Of a stretch of DNA of 47,427 nucleotides, positions 33,176 through 42,355 are shown in pieces. A model generated the notes under the pieces. It made no database searches. It saw only the letters and a list, made by a program, of their open reading frames with translations, and had not been told where the DNA came from. The stretch's first letter is position 1. The number at the start of each line of letters is the position of its first letter. Source of the DNA: a bacterium (lineage in GTDB: Bacteria; J088; JAWLBW01); NCBI GenBank assembly GCA_041690355.1, contig JAWLHK010000003.1:62001-109427 (forward strand). The letters run 5' to 3'. The position numbers and the translations under genes are program-made.

Positions 33176-34573
33176 TCAGCTCTCACCCGTCGTCGCGGCA
33201 ACCGGCGTTGCCAGCGGCTGGCCTACCCCCTGAAAATCCCCATCGGGGCTCGTCTGCAGAAAGAGGCGGGCGGGCCCCGTCGCCTTGATGAAGACCGGCG
33301 CCGAGCGGGCCGCCTTGACGTCGAGTTCGAAGTTCGGCGGCAGCGTCTCCATCCGCAGCGTTCTGGCGTATCGTGCAAAGATGTTCTGCGTCCACTCGCG
33401 CAGCAGATCCGCGAAAGCCTTTCCGGTCGCCCGTTCGACGTTCGCGACGCCGCGGGCATCGCTGCGCACGAGGCGTCGGAGAAAGTCGGGCTCACCGCGA
33501 TGGCTGTCGACGAGGTACTTCACGAAAAGATATGCGGCGCCCCGTTCGGCAAGGGTTCCGCCCCTGCCCACCAGTGGCGTCGAACCGGGCGATTCGAGAA
33601 AGTAGCGGGCGCGAATCCGGTTGCTGCGTGTGTAGCCGAAGTACTCTTCGGCCCAGTGACTCAGCCCTTCGTTGAGCCAGGACTCCTCCGACGTGTCGGC
33701 CCCCGCGAGACGCCGGTTGTGCCAGCTGATCATGTGCTGCAGCTCATGGACGATGACCTCGCCCAGCAGGGCCAGATAGTCGTCGGGATGCTCGTAGACG
33801 CCCCCCTCCTCCTTCGGCAGCGGAAGATAGAGATAGAGCATGTCGGCACGATTGCTCCCCGCGGTTCCGGCCAGATCCTTGGAGGCGAAGAATCCGCCGG
33901 TGAAGGCGTTCTCGTCGTCGCTGAACCGATTGACCCGCTCGGTCATGAGCAGAATGACGCGTCCGTTCTCATCCACGTCGGGCACGGCCCCGAACAGCTC
34001 GGTCGACTTCGGAAAGATTGTGCTGTCGAACTGGTCGAGCAGCGGGCGCGCCATTTCGTCGACGATGCCGTTGCGGCGCTCGGCATAGAGCACCGCGAAC
34101 CGGCTTTCGAGGACCTTGGTCGCCTGCACGGTGACGTTCCCGGGCCGGTTACGTCCGGCAGGAACTTGAAACGCGCGCGTAGCCGGCAGCTCGGCCGCCC
34201 CAGTCCAGGCCTCGCCCGCCACCGACGCGTCGGGCCGGGTCGCGGTTTTCTTAACGCTTTTACGCGCCAGCACGGCGCTCGCCGTCACCGCATCGGCCAC
34301 CCATGCGGTGCCCGTGACCCGCAGGCTGTAGGAACCGGCCGCGTCGGCCAGCGGAAAAAAGGCCAGCATGACGTCGCCGGCCGGAATGCGGACCTCAGCA
34401 CGTCCGTCGGCGCCGGGAATGATCGGTACGATTCCCGAAGACAAGTCGAAGACCGGCAGACGCGTTTCGCGCGGCGACGCAGACCGCTCGGAATCATCGG
34501 GGCTGCCGCACGCGAAGAGGGGCAGCGATGCACAGGCAAGCACGAACAGAAAAGACCGGCAGGATTGCCGCAT
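33176..34573 (-). CDS. Lipoprotein zinc metallopeptidase (HEXXH...E, M30-like)
   Basis: Lipobox LFA-C; FG..PDVDENGRVILL, GGFFASKDL, SNRADMLY, IVHELQHMI, WLNEGLS. GGAG SD. Confidence 0.85.
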   Translation of the reverse strand: MRQSCRSFLFVLACASLPLFACGSPDDSERSASPRETRLPVFDLSSGIVPIIPGADGRAEVRIPAGDVMLAFFPLADAAGSYSLRVTGTAWVADAVTASAVLARKSVKKTATRPDASVAGEAWTGAAELPATRAFQVPAGRNRPGNVTVQATKVLESRFAVLYAERRNGIVDEMARPLLDQFDSTIFPKSTELFGAVPDVDENGRVILLMTERVNRFSDDENAFTGGFFASKDLAGTAGSNRADMLYLYLPLPKEEGGVYEHPDDYLALLGEVIVHELQHMISWHNRRLAGADTSEESWLNEGLSHWAEEYFGYTRSNRIRARYFLESPGSTPLVGRGGTLAERGAAYLFVKYLVDSHRGEPDFLRRLVRSDARGVANVERATGKAFADLLREWTQNIFARYARTLRMETLPPNFELDVKAARSAPVFIKATGPARLFLQTSPDGDFQGVGQPLATPVAATTGES

Positions 34574-34616
34574 GGGACCGCACTCCGGAGAATTGTTCAA
34601 GGGCGCTCCGGAAGTG

Positions 34617-34632
34617 AGCAAGCTCTATGCCA
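34617..34632 (-). promoter_or_regulatory. Sigma-54 (-24/-12) promoter of the metallopeptidase gene
   Basis: Minus strand TGGCATAGAGCTTGCT; near-consensus, ending 43 nt before the ATG. Confidence 0.8.
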
Positions 34633-34693
34633 GCCCGTCTGCGCGTGGCAGTAGAAGGGAATTCATGCACCAGAGATCGATGAAACGAACCGC

Positions 34694-34718
34694 CTCCGGG
34701 GTCGAAAAGTACCCGGAG
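34694..34718 (-). terminator. Possible terminator hairpin after the WYL gene
   Basis: CTCCGGG / CCCGGAG stem; only a weak T-tract follows. Confidence 0.35.
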
Positions 34719-34738
34719 AGGGTGCAGAAAGGTTCAAC

Positions 34739-35776
34739 TCAACCCGGATAACGTTCGATAGCCGCGCGGTGCTGAGCGGCAACCCTGGCGCGCAGCTCGT
34801 CGGGCGCAAGCACTTCGACGCCCGGACCGAATCCGAGAATCCAGCTCACCAGGTCGGCGTCGAACGACGCGCGAAGGCTCAAGCGCAGGGAGCCGTCGGG
34901 ATCAACGGCCACCCGCTGCGAAGCGTGCCAGCGGCGGCTGCGCACCCAGTCGGCCAGTTCGGGCACGAACCGAAGCTCGACGGCCTGCGGCGTGCCCTGG
35001 AACAGGCCGAACGCGTCACGCCGGAAGCGGTTCGGATCATAGTCGTCGGGATAGGAAAAATGGTCGTCGGTGCGCTCGACGCCACGGATACGGTCGACCG
35101 CCAGCGTGAACCGGTGCTTGCCCCCCCGCTTCTGCCCGATCAGATACAGCGCCTCCTGATACGCGGCGAGCGTCAACGGCTGAAAGGCCGGGTAGCGCTT
35201 CTCCTTGCCCTGCGCGTCGACATAGCGGATGTCGAGCTCCCACTCGCCGATCAGCGCCTCAACGATGGTGTCGAGCGCCGTGCGGTGCAGTCGGAGATCC
35301 TTCGGCGCGCGCGGGAAGAAGGTGAACTTGTTTGCAAGATGATTGAGGGGCAGATCGTTTTTCTGCGTGAGCCGCGCTTCGAGCCGCTTGAGCGTGTGCG
35401 CGAACTCATCCTGAAGGCGCGTACCCTGCACCCAGTTGAGAAACTGGCCGGCGAAGAAGGCCGCCGCAAAGGGAAAGAGGCCAAGCTGCGACACCGAACC
35501 GTCTTCGCGCCGGAACCGGATGCGCCGCTGCGCGCCCGTGCCCTCGCGATCGATCTGTCCCGGAAACTCCTCGGCGATCGCGTTCAGATACCGCTCGAAG
35601 CTCTTCTGGCTCACCCCGAGCTGATCGGCCAGGGACTCGACACTCGCCCCGGCCGGCTGGGTGAGCAGCGCCGCCGTCAGACGGGCAATCCGGCGCCCGC
35701 TGGCATACGTCGGGGCAAGCCCCGGGGGCTCTGCGCTGCGCCCCTTGCGAGCGGCGGATGTCTTCTTCGGCGGCAT
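34739..35776 (-). CDS. HTH-WYL-WCX transcriptional regulator
   Basis: LADQLGVSQKSFERYL (HTH); LDIRY..QPLTL..ALYLIG..FTLAVDRI (WYL); ADWVRSRRWHASQ..LVSWILGFGPGVEVLAPDELR (WCX). Confidence 0.92.
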   Translation of the reverse strand: MPPKKTSAARKGRSAEPPGLAPTYASGRRIARLTAALLTQPAGASVESLADQLGVSQKSFERYLNAIAEEFPGQIDREGTGAQRRIRFRREDGSVSQLGLFPFAAAFFAGQFLNWVQGTRLQDEFAHTLKRLEARLTQKNDLPLNHLANKFTFFPRAPKDLRLHRTALDTIVEALIGEWELDIRYVDAQGKEKRYPAFQPLTLAAYQEALYLIGQKRGGKHRFTLAVDRIRGVERTDDHFSYPDDYDPNRFRRDAFGLFQGTPQAVELRFVPELADWVRSRRWHASQRVAVDPDGSLRLSLRASFDADLVSWILGFGPGVEVLAPDELRARVAAQHRAAIERYPG

Positions 35777-35818
35777 ATCGACAGGCAATCAGGGCGTAAG
35801 GGGCGGGATCCGACCTGT

Positions 35819-35847
35819 ATCTTAGCAGGGCGCCCGATTCGTGTCGA
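35819..35847 (-). promoter_or_regulatory. Sigma-70 promoter for the WYL gene
   Basis: TCGACA-N17-TAAGAT with a TGn extended -10. Confidence 0.55.
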
Positions 35848-35929
35848 ATGCGCCGCGCGGCGGGAGGGGCGGTGAAGCGAGCTCCGCCGGGTTATCGCCC
35901 CGCGCTCCGGTTTTTCCGTTGCAACCTGC

Positions 35930-35957
35930 TTGACCGAGCGCTCCGGTTAGGTATAAT
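35930..35957 (+). promoter_or_regulatory. Sigma-70 promoter for the GxxExxY gene
   Basis: TTGACC-N16-TATAAT; AGGAG SD downstream. Confidence 0.65.
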
Positions 35958-35989
35958 GTGCCATCTTTTTCCGCAGGAGACGGGAACGC

Positions 35990-36511
35990 ATGAAGCCCCC
36001 CGCCTCAGAAGACAGGCCGTTCATGGATCAGGACGCACGCCAGGACTTTCGTACTGACAACCGCGACCGCGACGAAAGCCGCGATCTCGCCTATGACGTG
36101 ATCGGCTCGGCCATCGAGGTCCACAACTACCTCGGGGCCGGCCTGGCCGAAGATCTGTACCGCAACGCGCTCGAACGCGAGCTGTCCCTGCGCCGGCTCT
36201 CTTTCGAGCCGCGCGCCGAACTCACGGTCATGTTCAAAGGACGCGAGGTCGGGCGCTTCCGGGCCGATCTGCTCGTCGACGACAGGATCGTCGTGCTCGT
36301 TCGCTGCACCGGCGATCCGGCCGTACACCGGCTCGAGGCGCAGAGTTACCTCAAGGCGTCACGGCGCGCGCTCGCCATCGTTCTCAACTTCAACGCCGAA
36401 CGCCTCCAGTTCGATCGGGTTTCGCTCAGTCCCCGCTTGACGGGAGAGCAGCCGCGCCGCCTGCGCGAGGAAGAGACCGAACCGGCGCGCGACCCGCGCG
36501 AGCCGGCCTGA
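35990..36511 (+). CDS. GxxExxY protein (PD-(D/E)XK-like fold), degenerate active site
   Basis: VIGSAIEVHNYLGAGLAEDLYRNAL..FKGREVGRFRADLLVD..SYLKAS..VLNF. Confidence 0.85.
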   Translation: MKPPASEDRPFMDQDARQDFRTDNRDRDESRDLAYDVIGSAIEVHNYLGAGLAEDLYRNALERELSLRRLSFEPRAELTVMFKGREVGRFRADLLVDDRIVVLVRCTGDPAVHRLEAQSYLKASRRALAIVLNFNAERLQFDRVSLSPRLTGEQPRRLREEETEPARDPREPA

Positions 36512-36516
36512 TCCGG

Positions 36517-37632
36517 TTACGTCGCCTCTTCCAGCGCCCGCCTGACCTCGCGCTCCAGGCCGCCGACCAGGGCACGGGTAATTGTCTCGATGGCCACCGT
36601 GGCCATCGCTTCGGTCAGTCCGGGATAGGGCTGTTCGAAGCGGCCGGCGACTTCGATTCTTGCGGCGCGGGCGCGTTCGGGCGTCGAGATTTCGGGAAGA
36701 CGGAGTCCCCGCTGCTCGAGCCAGCGCTGCAGGCGCCCGGCCGGGGCGTCCTCGCGCAGCCGGAATGCGCGCACGTCTTCGAATACCGGGCGCACGAAAC
36801 CGCCGTAGGCCCCATCGGCCGACTCGACCTGGCCGAACAGGTCCAGCGTCCCCCCCTCGACATCCAGGTTGCCGAACCCGCGCAGAAAAGGGCTCAGCTC
36901 AGCAAGCGCCAGATCGGTCGCGCGCAGATCGAGCGAAAAAGTGGGGGCCGCCGAAAACGGATTCATGGTCGCATTCACGCGCAGACTGCCCGACTCCATG
37001 ACCTTGCCCCGGAGTTCGAGCACGGCCGGCTGTGCGCTCGCCAGTTGCCGGGAGTTGGCGACATTGCGGGCGACAGCCTCGATGTCGGTGATCGACACGG
37101 TGGTGTCGGCGCGCCCCGCCCATTCGAGCGTCCCCTCATGTACGGCGATCCGATCGAGACGGAAGGGAAGAAAGGTCTGGAGCCGTTCCATCCAGTGTCG
37201 TTCATCGGCGGCCTCCTCGGCCTCCTCAGCCTCGGGGCGAAGATGCAGTACGGGCTGCCGCAACGCGGCTTCGGCGACGACGGTCCCCCGGAAAAGACTG
37301 CCCCATGCCAGCGAAAGATCGAGACTGCGGATACGCACCCAGTCAGGCTCTCCCTCCGGGGCGCCGGCGTGCCGGATGCGGATCCCCTCGACCTGATAGG
37401 CGCCGCGCCAAAGCTTGAGGTCGACGTCGTCGACCGCAGCCACGTACCGTCCGTCGGCAGCCAGAGCGGCTTCGAGGCGGTTCTGGACTACCCAGGGGAG
37501 CGCCAGCCGAATCGCAACGAGCAGGAGGAGAAGTACGAGCAGCACCCGGAGTCCGGTGCGACGAGGCCTGCGCCGATAAGAGGAATCCAGTTGCACCTCC
37601 TCATTCCAGCGGATAACCCCCTCGCCCGCCAT
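36517..37632 (-). CDS. DUF748 / AsmA-like envelope protein
   Basis: N-terminal anchor LLLVAIRLALPWVV; VDDVDLKLWRGAY, DLSLAWGSLFRG, NLDVEGGTL, GFVRPVF. Start uncertain; the upstream ORF extension is antisense to the SDR gene. Confidence 0.7.
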   Translation of the reverse strand: MAGEGVIRWNEEVQLDSSYRRRPRRTGLRVLLVLLLLLVAIRLALPWVVQNRLEAALAADGRYVAAVDDVDLKLWRGAYQVEGIRIRHAGAPEGEPDWVRIRSLDLSLAWGSLFRGTVVAEAALRQPVLHLRPEAEEAEEAADERHWMERLQTFLPFRLDRIAVHEGTLEWAGRADTTVSITDIEAVARNVANSRQLASAQPAVLELRGKVMESGSLRVNATMNPFSAAPTFSLDLRATDLALAELSPFLRGFGNLDVEGGTLDLFGQVESADGAYGGFVRPVFEDVRAFRLREDAPAGRLQRWLEQRGLRLPEISTPERARAARIEVAGRFEQPYPGLTEAMATVAIETITRALVGGLEREVRRALEEAT

Positions 37633-37696
37633 CTTTGACGCTTGCCCCCCAACCGGCGTCTCTGTTAGCGTATCTGTTTCTGCCGTGAGCTTTGCC

Positions 37697-38515
37697 ATGC
37701 GTTTTCCCTCTTCACCCCGGGCCGTCGTGACGGGCGGCGGCAGCGGTCTCGGCCGCGAGTTCTGCCTCGCGCTCGCCGACCGCGGGGCGCGGGTTCTCGT
37801 CGCCGACATCCGGCGCGAACGGGCCGATGAAACCGCCGGTCTGGTGCGCGCCCGCGGCGCTACGGCCGAGGCCATCCAGACCGACGTGACCGAACCGGCC
37901 CAGGTCGAGGCGCTCGCCCGGCAGGTTGACGCCCTGTGGGGGGGCACCGACATCCTCATCAACAATGCCGGCGTCGGCGCCGGCGGAAATGTAGGCGAGT
38001 TTTCGCTCGAAGACTGGGCCTGGGTCGTGCGCATCAACCAGTGGGGGGTGATTCACGGCTGTCACGTCTTCGTGCCGCGCATGAAGGCGCAGCGCAGCGG
38101 GTTCATCCTCAACGTCGCCTCGGCCGCCGGGCTCGCATCACTGCCCGAAATGGCCGCCTACAACGTCACGAAAGCGGCCGTCATCGCGCTGACCGAAACC
38201 CTGCATACCGAGCTGCAGCCGTTCGGCATCCATGCGACGGCCCTCTGCCCGACCTTCTTTCCCACGAATCTGATGGACTCGTTCCGCTCGGCAACGCCGC
38301 GCCAGCGTAAGTTTGCCGAAACGATGTTCAAGCATGCCCGGGCGACCGCAGCCGAGATCGCCGCCGAGGGGCTCGCAGGGCTCGAGCGCAATGACTTGTA
38401 CGTAATACCGCAGGCCGACGGCAAGAAGCTCTGGCGCATGAAGCGGCTTTCACCGCGCCTCTACTTCAAGGGTGTTCTCGAAACATACCGAAGAAGTCTG
38501 CAGCCGAAGCCCTGA
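37697..38515 (+). CDS. Short-chain dehydrogenase/reductase
   Basis: VVTGGGSGLG, NNAG, NVASAAG, YNVTK. Confidence 0.95.
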   Translation: MRFPSSPRAVVTGGGSGLGREFCLALADRGARVLVADIRRERADETAGLVRARGATAEAIQTDVTEPAQVEALARQVDALWGGTDILINNAGVGAGGNVGEFSLEDWAWVVRINQWGVIHGCHVFVPRMKAQRSGFILNVASAAGLASLPEMAAYNVTKAAVIALTETLHTELQPFGIHATALCPTFFPTNLMDSFRSATPRQRKFAETMFKHARATAAEIAAEGLAGLERNDLYVIPQADGKKLWRMKRLSPRLYFKGVLETYRRSLQPKP

Positions 38516-38608
38516 TCGCGGCGATCGTCGAGCCGAGCGCTGCGTGGTATGATTCTTTTTTCTCTGCCGGAACCGCCGGCGCTTATCTGCGATGGGGAGA
38601 CCTGACCG

Positions 38609-39790
38609 ATGGATCTTTCATATACGCCCGAAGAAGTTGCCTTTCGCGAAGAGGTGCGCGCCTGGATCACAGGCGCCATGCCCCCCGAGATTCGACGCAA
38701 GGCTGAGACGGGCGGCTACTTCGAACACGCCGAAACGATGCAGTGGCACCGCATCCTCCATGAAAAAGGATGGATCGCCCCACACTGGCCCAAGGAATAC
38801 GGCGGCACCGGCTGGGACGTCGCCCGGCAGTCGATTTTCCAGGAAGAACTCGTCCGCGCGAATGCGCCGACGATCCCCCCGTTTGCCATCTACATGATCG
38901 GTCCCCTGCTGATCCAGTTCGGCAGCGACGAACAGAAGCAGCGCTTTCTGCCGAAGATCCTCTCCGGCGATGAATACTGGTGCCAGGGATACAGCGAGCC
39001 GAACGCCGGCTCGGACCTGGCCGCCCTGCAGACGAAGGCAGAGATCGACGGCGATCACTTCGTCATCAACGGCCAGAAGACCTGGACGTCGCACGGACAG
39101 TACGCCGACTGGATCTTCTGCCTCGTTCGCACCGACCCGTCGGCCAAGAAGCAGGCCGGTATCAGCTTCGTGCTCATCGATATCAAGAACACTCCGGGCG
39201 TCAAGGTCGTTCCCTTTCTGACCACCGGCGGCCTGCCGAGCTTCTGCGATACCTACTTCGAGGATGCCCGCGTGCCGATGGAAAACCTGGTGGGCGAGCT
39301 GCACCAGGGATGGACAGTCGCCAAGGCGCTGCTCGGATACGAACGGTTCGCCATCTCGGGGATCAACGAAACGGGGCGCATGATTCGCTGGCTCAAGGAG
39401 CAGGCCGCCGCAACCCGCGTGGGCGACCACCGGCTGATCGACGAACCTGGTTTCCGCAACCGCATCGCCGCCCTCGAAATCCGCCAGCGGGCCGCCCTCA
39501 TGGCCCAGCTGCGCACGGTCGCGGCCTCGCAGCACGGCAAGGCGCCCGGGCCCGAGTCGTCGATTCTGAAGCTGCGCGGCTCCGAACTCTTCCAGCAGAG
39601 CTACGAGCTCGGCATGGAGCTGATGGCCTACAACTCGATCAGCTGGTTCAACGACGACGACGTCATCCCCGCGCCGCAGCACATGGTGCCGTCGAATTTC
39701 AATTACCTGCGGGCCACGACTATCTACGGCGGCAGCAGCGAAATCCAGAAAAACATCATCGCCAAGTGGATTCTCGGCCTGCCCGGCTGA
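38609..39790 (+). CDS. Acyl-CoA dehydrogenase, PimC-like large subunit
   Basis: WCQGYSEPNAGSDLA, NGQKTWTS, GWTVAKALLGYER, TTIYGGSSEIQKNII. TGnTATGAT and an SD upstream. Confidence 0.93.
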   Translation: MDLSYTPEEVAFREEVRAWITGAMPPEIRRKAETGGYFEHAETMQWHRILHEKGWIAPHWPKEYGGTGWDVARQSIFQEELVRANAPTIPPFAIYMIGPLLIQFGSDEQKQRFLPKILSGDEYWCQGYSEPNAGSDLAALQTKAEIDGDHFVINGQKTWTSHGQYADWIFCLVRTDPSAKKQAGISFVLIDIKNTPGVKVVPFLTTGGLPSFCDTYFEDARVPMENLVGELHQGWTVAKALLGYERFAISGINETGRMIRWLKEQAAATRVGDHRLIDEPGFRNRIAALEIRQRAALMAQLRTVAASQHGKAPGPESSILKLRGSELFQQSYELGMELMAYNSISWFNDDDVIPAPQHMVPSNFNYLRATTIYGGSSEIQKNIIAKWILGLPG

Positions 39791-39803
39791 GCAAGGACGC
39801 GCC

Positions 39804-40955
39804 ATGAATTTCGAATTGACTCAGGATCAGCAGATGCTGGCGGAATCGATCCGCCAGTTCGTCCGTAAGGAATCTCCGGTTTCGCGCCTGCGCGCCCTGC
39901 GCAAGGACGAGCGCGGCTGGGAACCCGCCATGTGGAAGCGCATGGGCGAGCAGGGCTGGCTCGGCATCCCGTTTCCCGAAGAAGTCGGGGGGATCGGCGG
40001 CACGTTCGTCGACATGATGCTGCTGCTCGAAGCCATGGGCACCCAGCTGGTTCCCGAACCGGTCATCGGCTCGGTCGTTCTCGGCGGCCTGCCGATCAGC
40101 TTTGCCGGCAACGCCGAACAGCAGCGCCGCTGGCTCGAACCGCTCGTCGCCGGCGAACGCTCGCTGGCCTTGGCCCACATCGAGCGCGAAACCCGCTATT
40201 CTCCGCAATGGATTGCCACGCGGGCCAACCGCGACGGCGCCGGATGGAAGCTGAGCGGCGAGAAGATCTTCGTTCTGAACGGCCACGCCGCCGATACGCT
40301 CGTCGTCGCCGCCCGCACCGGCGGCGCCCCTGGTGAGAGCAAGGGCATTTCGCTGTTCGTCGTCGACGGCGACGCCGCCGGCCTGCACCGCCGCGCGGTC
40401 AAGGGGATGGACGGCCACCACTACGGGCTCATCCGCCTCGAGAACGTGGCCGTCGGTGCCGAAGCCCTCCTCGGCGCCGAGGGCGAAGCCTGCCCCGTGC
40501 TCGAGCGGGTGCTCGATTACGGCGCCGCCGCGGCGGTCTGCGAGGGGTACGGCATCGCGCAGACGATGCTTGACATGACGGTGGAATATCTGAAGACGCG
40601 CAAGCAGTTCGGCGTCTTCATCGGCGCCTTCCAGGGTCTGCAGCACCGCGCAGTCGACATGTTCGTCGAAACCGAGCTCTGCAGGTCCATGGCCATCCTG
40701 GCCGCCATCGAGGTCGACAACGCCGAGCCTCACGTGCGCGCCCAGGCGGTCTCGGCCGCGAAGGTGCAACTGGCCACCGGCGGCAAACAGGTGAGCCAGC
40801 AGTCGATTCAGCTGCACGGCGGCATCGGCGTGACCGACGAACATGACATCGGCCTGTATTTCAAGCGCATGCACGTGCTCAACACGATCTGCGGCGACGA
40901 GCGCCACCACACGTCGCGCTATGCCGACTCGCCCGCCTTTCTGGCGGCCCGCTGA
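39804..40955 (+). CDS. Acyl-CoA dehydrogenase, PimD-like small subunit
   Basis: EYLKTRKQFGVFIGAFQGLQHR, IQLHGGIGVTDE; lacks the GSD and IYGGxxE motifs, as partner subunits typically do. Confidence 0.9.
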   Translation: MNFELTQDQQMLAESIRQFVRKESPVSRLRALRKDERGWEPAMWKRMGEQGWLGIPFPEEVGGIGGTFVDMMLLLEAMGTQLVPEPVIGSVVLGGLPISFAGNAEQQRRWLEPLVAGERSLALAHIERETRYSPQWIATRANRDGAGWKLSGEKIFVLNGHAADTLVVAARTGGAPGESKGISLFVVDGDAAGLHRRAVKGMDGHHYGLIRLENVAVGAEALLGAEGEACPVLERVLDYGAAAAVCEGYGIAQTMLDMTVEYLKTRKQFGVFIGAFQGLQHRAVDMFVETELCRSMAILAAIEVDNAEPHVRAQAVSAAKVQLATGGKQVSQQSIQLHGGIGVTDEHDIGLYFKRMHVLNTICGDERHHTSRYADSPAFLAAR

Positions 40956-40983
40956 TCGCGACCGGCGTTCCGGTCTCCGCCCG

Positions 40984-41018
40984 AAACGAAACGGGCCTCT
41001 CGAAAGCCGGGAGGCCCG
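40984..41018. terminator. Terminator hairpin between convergent operons
   Basis: CGGGCCTCTCG / CGGGAGGCCCG stem (40992-41018); TTTCGTTT tail on the minus strand. Confidence 0.6.
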
Positions 41019-41047
41019 CTTCCCTTGCGCGCGGTCGCGACGCGGAA

Positions 41048-42355
41048 TCAGGGAACGAGTGAACGGTTGGCCGATTCGTCGGTGAGCGCGCGCAGAAAAG
41101 CTACCAGATCGGCCTGCTCCTTGTCGGTAAGGCCCAGGGATACCAGCAGCTCCTCGCGGTGACCGGCCGGCGCCGTGCCCGGCAGGTCGCTATAGAAGCG
41201 CACAACATCTTCAAGGCTCGCAAAACGCCCGTCGTGCATGTACGGGGCCGTGCGCGCGACATTGCGCAGCGTGGGGGTCTTCATCTGACCGAGCTGCTCT
41301 TCGTTCTGCGCGAGATAGAGCAGTCTTCTGGCTACCGGGCCGGTCGTGTCGTCGCTGTAACGGCCGCGGGCGTTGAACTCGTCGCCCCGGAGGCGGCTGA
41401 CGCCGGCATGCCGTGCGGTGTCCGAAACGGCCGAGGCGAGGCCCAGATTGTGAAATTCACGGTCGGTCAGGTTCGGGCCCGAGTGGCAGAGAAAGCAGTT
41501 GCCGCGTCCGACGAAAATGCGCAGACCGTGCCTCTCGGCGGCCGAGAGCGCGGCCATCCCCTTGGGATCCTGATTGCGGACACCCTCTACGAAAATATCA
41601 AAGCGCGAACGGGTCGAGACGATCGTGCGCTCGAAGGCGGCGATTGCTTTCGTCACGTTCGTCAGCACGCGGTTGACCGCGTCGCGATCGGCTTCGTTCA
41701 TCCCCGTCCATGCCTGGTGCAGGGGGTCTGACGAATCGGTGGCGACCGGACGGCCGCGTGGCGGAAACCGCGCCCCGTCTTCGAGCGGCGGGAGCGGGCC
41801 GAACAGGTCGACGTACGCATTGCGCAGCTCGGCGCGGCGCGCCACCGCATGGGCCACGAAGAGCCGGTCGCTGGCCATCTCGGCGGGGCTTTCGATAGGC
41901 TGCACGGCCTGCGACCAGAGGCTGTCAGCGCGGCCGTCCCAGAAATACCAGCGGTTCCAGGCCACGTTCCACAGCGTCGGCGCGTGCCGATCCGTGATTC
42001 CCGCCGCCTGCGAGAGAGCGAGCCCGTCGCCCCATCCCCGCTCGGGATCGTGGCAGGTCGAGCATGCAAACCGGCCCGAGGGAGAGAGCAGCGGATCGAA
42101 GAACAGCGTGCGCCCGAACGCCGCGGCCCGCGGATCGTCAGCCACACGGTTCGTTTCGTCGGGCGGAGGCGGGGGCACGGGCGACATCGAGACGATACGC
42201 CGCATTTCGCTCTCGTGAAACTGGTGGCCGATCTGCGGCCCCAAGTGCGCGGCGGGGCCCCCCTCGCCGTTCATGCAGGCCGCGGCCGAACCCATGAGTG
42301 CGAACAGAACGGTCGCGAAGGGGGCCTTGGCCAACCTCGCCCGCGAGAGCTTCAT
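41048..42355 (-). CDS. Di-heme cytochrome c peroxidase family protein (CcP/MauG/MbnH superfamily)
   Basis: GRTLFFDPLLS..CSTCH, FWDGRADSL..QPIESPAEM, CFLCHSGP, KTPTLRNVARTAPYMHDG; probable lipoprotein signal (AAA-C). Confidence 0.92.
   Translation of the reverse strand: MKLSRARLAKAPFATVLFALMGSAAACMNGEGGPAAHLGPQIGHQFHESEMRRIVSMSPVPPPPPDETNRVADDPRAAAFGRTLFFDPLLSPSGRFACSTCHDPERGWGDGLALSQAAGITDRHAPTLWNVAWNRWYFWDGRADSLWSQAVQPIESPAEMASDRLFVAHAVARRAELRNAYVDLFGPLPPLEDGARFPPRGRPVATDSSDPLHQAWTGMNEADRDAVNRVLTNVTKAIAAFERTIVSTRSRFDIFVEGVRNQDPKGMAALSAAERHGLRIFVGRGNCFLCHSGPNLTDREFHNLGLASAVSDTARHAGVSRLRGDEFNARGRYSDDTTGPVARRLLYLAQNEEQLGQMKTPTLRNVARTAPYMHDGRFASLEDVVRFYSDLPGTAPAGHREELLVSLGLTDKEQADLVAFLRALTDESANRSLVP

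Noticed and set aside
34603-34611. Third GCGCTCCGG copy near the peptidase promoter
   Set aside because: A 9-mer of almost pure GC is likely by chance in this genome.
32726-34654. 642-aa plus-strand ORF
   Set aside because: Overlaps the FadL-like gene out of frame and is antisense to the metallopeptidase; Arg/Pro-rich with no motifs.
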